From: Catajapyx aquilonaris
Taxonomy: Eukaryota
Length of the DNA: 46,707 nucleotides
Direction: 5' to 3'
NCBI GenBank assembly: GCA_000934665.2
Contig: KZ538800.1
Coordinates: 1-46,707, forward strand
Every line of letters starts with the position of its first letter. Within the stretch, counting starts at the first letter, position 1. Of the stretch, positions 40,756 through 46,707 are shown piece by piece. Under the pieces are notes generated by a model. It was not told the DNA's origin, did no database searches, and saw only the letters and a list, made by a program, of their open reading frames with translations. The position numbers and the translations under genes were made by a program.

Positions 40756-41109
40756 CTCATATTATAGCATTAAAAGAAAGTTTAAGTTCCTGATGCGATA
40801 TTATTATATTCTTCATTACTTTTAAAAAGCAATAACTCGATCCTCTCGACCGAATCAAAAGCCTATGGCCACTTTATTACGTCCCAGTGAAATTCCACAA
40901 TTAACAGACGCAGACAGTTGCAATAAATAACTGCTGTCTATGTGCTAAATGCTCTTTGATGTGATTGACCCAAATGCCGAAATTAAATGCAAAACGATTT
41001 GTCAGAGGGGAAATTAATCGGGGGTTTATATAGCCCCTCGCTAATTTGGCATATTATAGCCATGCCGTACAGTATTGTCCAATATGACGCAATTTGCTCA
41101 TATTATAGC
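40756..41109 (+). repeat. Three copies of CATATTATAGC (two extended to CTCATATTATAGC)
   Basis: 40756-40768, 41050-41060 and 41097-41109; the last two are both preceded by AATTTG. Confidence 0.65.
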
Positions 41110-41779
41110 GTTTGGGGAGGGAAAAAAATGCAAATGCCTCCAATTTGATGAAGGACTGTAGTACTAATTGCCAGTTGATATAAAAGTAAACAGTCATCTA
41201 ATTGATATTAGCAATCAATTCCATACTTTCTGCTCAAGCACTGCGATCAGTTCAACACTATTATTTTATTCGTACATTTTTATGTGACGCGTTCTTATCA
41301 CAGTCCAGTGCAACAGTGGGTTAAATTTCAGCAGCTTGTGCACGTACATTGTTACAACAATGGAGTTGGGCAACACCATAGTTTATAGCCAAGCAGACAC
41401 CACATTACGAAAGTTTCGCCAATATGCGCCGTAGCTTCTCAGCCATAAATTGGGATCCACCATGTCCGAACACCTTACATGCGCACTATGCTAATGAGTA
41501 ACCTTGTTGTAAAGAGCTAAATGGTGCTTACGTCGCACAACTAGTAATTGTCTGCTAGAAGGCAACAGTACCTAAATAGCTTTTTTATCGTACGATCAAC
41601 CAAGTAATAATATGTAAGCTGACAAAATGTTTGTAGCTGTCAAAACCGATGGTACGTCACTTCATATTTTTTCATGTTCCGGTTTAAAGCTTCGGCTGGA
41701 TCAAAAAGGAGGATAGGGGGAGTCGAGGCATGCAAATCCGGGCTTTTGCTGGACCGAGTTGAGGAAGCTGAGCACGATC

Positions 41780-42390
41780 AGTGTGGGGTGGGTGGGTGCA
41801 TGGGTGCGGGGTGAGATGCCTAAGCGCCCCCCTTTGGAAAGAAGAAAACAGTTTTATCACGAGCCAATCAGGAGCGGGCGCCGTTCCAAGCTTGGGATCG
41901 ACATAATTTGGAGCTCGGAGTCATCGCCAGACTTAATTGGAAGAAGCCAAAGTGGCGGAATGGGAAAGGGAAGGGGGCTAAGCTTTTCATCAAATCCCGG
42001 GCCCGGTCTTCCTCCTAGGGATTCCTCCTCCGGGATTTGCCCCGCAGGAAATGGCCGACTCGGGCCCAACTTAAACCCGGATCCCATTCCGGGAACACGG
42101 CCTTTCCGTAACACCACCCCCCTCGCAAACCCCTCACGTCACCAACCCCCCCAACAGTGCACCTGCAAATCTATTTGTTTGCCACCGCAATCTCGCATCA
42201 AATCGGCCCATTCACTTGCGCCAATCATACTTGTTTACCTTCCCGGAATCCCCGTACAGACACTCTCAAAAGAGTCGGACCAAGCACTATTTTTCACTCA
42301 TTTTGAAAGCGACACAACCGACTGACTCTAAATGATAATGAAGTCTAGGCCATGAGCTTCTGTACCACCCAGTACTTAAGCCAATCTGGG
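41780..42390. promoter_or_regulatory. GC/CpG-rich candidate cis-regulatory module
   Basis: Locally about 63% GC (38/60 in 42001-42060). Contains the G4 motif, CCAAT boxes (AGCCAATCAG 41862; CCAATC 42221 and 42381) and two STAT-consensus sites (TTCCGGGAA 42087-42095, TTCCCGGAA 42240-42248). Confidence 0.3.
41785..41811 (+). other. Five-tract G-quadruplex-forming motif
   Basis: GGGG-T-GGG-T-GGG-TGCAT-GGG-TGC-GGGG. Confidence 0.6.
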
Positions 42391-42653
42391 ATTAAGGATT
42401 AACATGCGTCTTCTCTCTTGCTCCCCGTCAGAAAAAAAAAAAACCTCTGCGATATTTTGACTGAAATGAAGCAATTTGGAAGCATGGGAAAGGGGGAAGC
42501 GCCCTTGTCAGTGATCATGCTAAGCAACGAGATCCGGAAAATTGGACAAGGCCTAGCTGCCATTGCTCTGCAAAACAGGGCGCAGACATATTTTCTCAGT
42601 GCAGCCCCCAGGACCCTTCTTGAATCCTCCTAAGGCCAATTCCGGCGTCTGAG

Positions 42654-42670
42654 TCTCTCTCTCTCTCTCT
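42654..42670 (+). repeat. (TC)8 microsatellite
   Basis: 17-nt perfect TC run. Confidence 0.9.
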
Positions 42671-45600
42671 GGTCCCATCTGATAAAAACACGATCCCTAC
42701 ATGCCAAGTAGGGTACATGCACCATTTTCGAGAGGGGAGCATATCTCTAATTATCCGGAAGGGGCTTATACGAATCAAGAGCCAAAATTCTCAGGAGAGG
42801 ACGACATGCAGCAGACCTTTTGCAACATTTATAATCGCAAAGCCACCAGGGTTTTAAGTCAGCTCAAAAGCATAGGTTGCGTTTACACCCGCCTATACGA
42901 GAGTATCTGAATATTTCATCCTACCCCCTTTTGATCCTCTTTCATGCTTTAAACTCCGAAGGCTTTGCTAATGAGATATTAAACTCCGCGCCGGCGATAT
43001 TTAACAGAATGCTTCTGGAATCTATTCTGGTATGGGGAACAAAAGACGCCAGGCGCTTTTGTTTAGCCCTCTAACCGCTCCCAATACATTGCCCATCTAT
43101 TAGTTTTTGGACGGCACACCCATTTTGCAATTACCATTATTTCCAGATTCCACCAGAGATTCCGATCGTTCAGGTCAACCCTGTTAAGGCATCCTATACT
43201 TGCTGATTACTTTTTAAAATTAGCCGAGCAATGGCGTCAAATGCAACGATCACGTAAAATCCTACAACTTTCCTTAAAAAAAGCTCCCAGCAACTTGATA
43301 GCCCTACAGCACCTGGTACATGTATCATTTTTCCACTGCTCAAACAAATGTGGACACACCCTGGAGCTCAAAATTTTGTTGCATATTCTCCCTCATCCTG
43401 CTCTTCTCCAGTCCTGATGTTTCACGTGACGCCCACTATGATTTTCCCAACCTGTGATGTAATACAAGCCTGGCAAACAAAGCTCGTCAACACCACGCCC
43501 TAACAAAAAAGCCTCGCCGAAATACCAGTGCTGCTGGGGCTGGTACATTTTGCAATATGAGTCAAGTGCTAGGACGAACGTGGTCCTGATACTGGAGAAT
43601 AAGCTGATGTTGGGTCTACTCCCCACCGCCCCGAGAGCTACCTCTTATTTCCCCTAAACCAGAAGCTTCCAGTAGCCCGCAAATTCCTTTCCTGAGAATA
43701 AGTAGGCAAGTACTGCATGAAACGCAAAATGTATGCTCGGCAACAACTGAACCGAACCTGAGAGAAACTTGGGAGGGATTATGGGAGAGAAATTTGTTAT
43801 GATGTAAACCTCTTATGAAATTAACAGCTCAAAGTAGGTATAAACAGAACTTCCGAAACTGGGTGTCTCTCGTTTTAAGTTATACTGTAGGCTGGAAAAA
43901 CTGATGCGCTAAGAATTTTTAACAATGTTTATGCAGCGACTCTCGCCTTGTCTCGCCCTCAAGCCATCCGTATGATCTCTGAAAATGCGGTGCACCTTGC
44001 GCCACCTCTTTTTGGAGTGTTCCTAGTGGAACTGTACGGTGTGCAGAGGAATGCAGTGTAAAAGGGACTCTGCCGAGTAAAAGTGCCATGGGCTCTTTCC
44101 ATGCATATTGAAGTGGACACCCCGGTGGACAGAGACATCAAAGGAATCTCAATTTGCACACCCCCTGTTCCGCATCGTTGTTTGAAACCGGATAAACATC
44201 TCCAGAGACTGGCCGTACATGTCCTCGGTAAATAATTAATTCCCCCAAGTAATGACTTCTTCCGTCCCCTGTTTTTTTTCCTCTTTATATATAAAAAGTG
44301 GTCCCATCACATTACGGGCCTAGTCTCCTAACCTATCCTAATCAAAGGCATAGAGAGACCTGAGAGACCGGTGTTCCGGAGCCATCTTCATCACCTGAGA
44401 GTAGAAAGAGGCTTTCCGGACACGCAATGTCCGGATCGATGTTTGGGGCCCCCACAGTTTTCTCCCTTTCCGACTTTGATACCGACCAACAGGTTTCCGT
44501 TTGCCCTTCTGTCCCAAGCGGGATCGATTTCCGGACTCAGGTGCAACCGGGCATAAATAAAATTAAGCCCTCACTATGCCCTTGCGATCTGGATCCCTTT
44601 TGTCAAACTTTGCGAACCGCGGGCATTAATTGACTCTACAGCTATAATTATTTTTTTTCCGAACCAGAGAGGGCATATCATAAAGTAGGTTACGAGTTCT
44701 GCAACAAAGGGATGTGATTTTCGAGAGCTGCGCAGTGACAGGTTCTATTCCCAATAATTGCTTCAATGGCGGTGGAATCGTGGGTTTCCACCCCTCCCAT
44801 GAACGTGCGAATTAATAACCGCAGATTTTTTCCCCCCAACTGACGATTTTTTTTTCAGGATATCCCTTTGAACCGCAATATCTTCACATATCTGGATCTG
44901 TATGGTACCAAGCTACCAACCCTTTGAATTGCGGAAATGTACTTTTTTCGTACCCTATTCATTCACATATAATCATGAATTACATCTAATTGGCATTATA
45001 AGCACGCTAAATATACTCGTAATATGGAGCTTGTCAGTGGATTTGGCGGACTTGCTGTGAATGTGTGTATATGCGACCACTTGTCGTAATCAGTGAGGTC
45101 ATGCAAGTAGGCAATCTCGGTGACCACATCCTCAAGTTGGTTAGGCGCCTTAATCCGGTTAAAAGGGGAAATACTTTGGCGTGATGAGTGACAAGTGCGC
45201 GTGTTTGTGGCTTCCCAAACGGGTTTAGTTTAACGAGTTCCAGCTTTGGCGAAACGACTCCTGGGAGAGGAGGCCATCAAAACGCCCAAAAATTAATCTC
45301 CTCACATATCGTCTTCTTTGATGCCGCTTCACGAGTGCCTAATCTCAGAGCGCTGCAAAATCACTTTTCCGCAGAAAAGGCAAGCCGACTTTATTAAGAC
45401 GCAGCGTTGGTTTTTCTTCTTCTATAAAGAAACGTGACTTACGGCTCCATTCACTTTGGAGTCAACACCGTTGTAAGTGGATTTCTAATCGCACGGTAAA
45501 CTAATAACTTCATTCCTTAAAAAAATTGGGAATCGGTGCGTCGTTAAGTATATGATTATCCTTACAAGTCTGGATTTCCAGTGTGTTTATCGAAGCAATT

Positions 45601-46707
45601 TGCAGATGCGAACTTTTTATTCAAGTGGAAAAATTCAATTTGGCGAAAAGTAGGATGCGTCCTATTTCCCAATTTTATGGTAGAGGCGTCTAATGCAAGG
45701 ATTTCCTTACATACTATATAGCCTACTGTACAGACAAGAGTTAATAGGCCTTAGGTGATGACACCTTATTGTTGTTGACAGGTCTGTAGAAGTATACAAA
45801 TCCAATGTACACGAAAACGTGTTCGCAATATATGCCTACAGTAGCCTACTTTAAACTAGGAAAAAAAAGTATGCACCTGTACGACCCATTCCAGCACCTT
45901 TTTGACCACCGTACACACGTCCAAACACCATCCGACCCGAAGAACATCAAACGTGACATAATTCCCAGAGGCTTCTCTTCATGCCTGCATACCCAAGGGC
46001 CGACAACCTTTTAATACCGAGGGCCCACTCGAACCTACGGGAGCTTTAGCAGCTGACAAGTGAATTCTTCACCGGTGCCCGCCGGGGACTTGGCTGAATT
46101 GGGCCCCCCCTAAAAAGCTGGGGAGGGGTACGTAGAGGGGGTGTGTGTGCAATTAGCAAAGCGCAATCCATTGTTGAGCAATAACCGTGCTTCACTGGGT
46201 CTGCACATGTCTGGAAAAGGCTCTCCAGCAGTATATTCCACAGAGGTTAAATCGAGTGGGCGGGACTTTGAAGCATCTTGGACCGGTTTTTGTGTCGGTC
46301 CTACTCTCGATCCCGGACACTGTCATCTTTTCTGGACGGAATCGCCATCCCTTATTGTCCTACCCAGGTCGTTCTTCAACGTCAGGGTTCCCAATGAAGC
46401 TTCCGGATAGCCCCCCGATATGTGCCCTTTTTCCGGAGGCAAAACTCTGTCCCCGGTGTGTCTGCGTCTCTCTCCGGATAGATCCCTACTGGATGGACCT
46501 AGTCGAGCGAACCGGATGCTCATCACTCTTCTTTCCTTCTGCTCCTAAAATGCCCGCAACCCTTGGGACTCTCCAAAAAGAAGCGAGGAAAAACTAATCT
46601 CTTCGGGACTAGTCTATAACGTCTGACCTCATTGTCACGACCCATTCAACCATCTATTTGCCTATCTATGCCATCCAGAACGTCTATTAAACAGTTAAAA
46701 AATACTT

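Larger units (their letters stand above)
1..46707. other. Non-coding eukaryotic (probably invertebrate metazoan) intergenic or intronic DNA; no supported gene
   Basis: Longest ORF is 188 aa (TTG start). ORFs are scattered on both strands with no recognisable domain and no operon-like density. Many A/T/G/C homopolymers and dinucleotide microsatellites; CpG not visibly depleted. Taxon is an inference only, and short exons could be missed. Confidence 0.8.

Noticed and set aside
41759..42325. Longest ORF (188 aa)
   Set aside because: TTG start, Pro/Gly/Ser/Arg-rich composition dictated by GC-rich DNA, no recognisable domain, and an overlapping antisense ORF.
44840..44930. Splice-acceptor-like CTGAC...T9CAG at 44840-44858
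   Set aside because: Branch point is unusually close, and there is no convincing donor or recognisable peptide downstream.
46058..46080. Partial resemblance of the minus strand to miR-263/183-family sequence
   Set aside because: Seed mismatched, gapped alignment and no precursor hairpin.
130..46597. All other ORFs in the six-frame track
   Set aside because: Short, with no motif I recognise (no RT, integrase, transposase, homeobox or similar) and no consistent strand or exon chain. Short true exons cannot be excluded without RNA-seq or BLASTX.
1..46707. CRISPR array, integron cassettes, telomeric arrays, histone stem-loops, Helitron ends, exon-cassette arrays
   Set aside because: Looked for by eye; no regularly spaced repeats or diagnostic termini were found.

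Overview
This 46.7 kb window looks like non-coding eukaryotic DNA, most likely an intergenic 'gene desert' or a very large intron from an invertebrate animal. By eye CpG is plentiful, homopolymer runs are frequent, and two assembly N-gaps sit in or next to poly-G tracts. I found no credible protein-coding gene: all ORFs are 188 aa or shorter, overlap on both strands and lack recognisable domains. I also found no tRNA, rRNA, snRNA, known miRNA, CRISPR array or intact transposon. What the sequence does show is (i) alternating GC-richer, homopolymer-rich blocks and AT-rich blocks; (ii) about 32 copies of the palindrome TCCGGA, many in tight clusters; (iii) about 24 TAC(A/T)GTA heptamers, some chained with TAGCCTA, resembling Tc1/mariner excision footprints; and (iv) a few motif clusters, G-quadruplex motifs, short hairpins, microsatellites and one old local duplication. 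I cannot support a novel gene system here. All counts were made by eye, expected values are rough estimates assuming about 43% GC, and functional interpretations are hypotheses.
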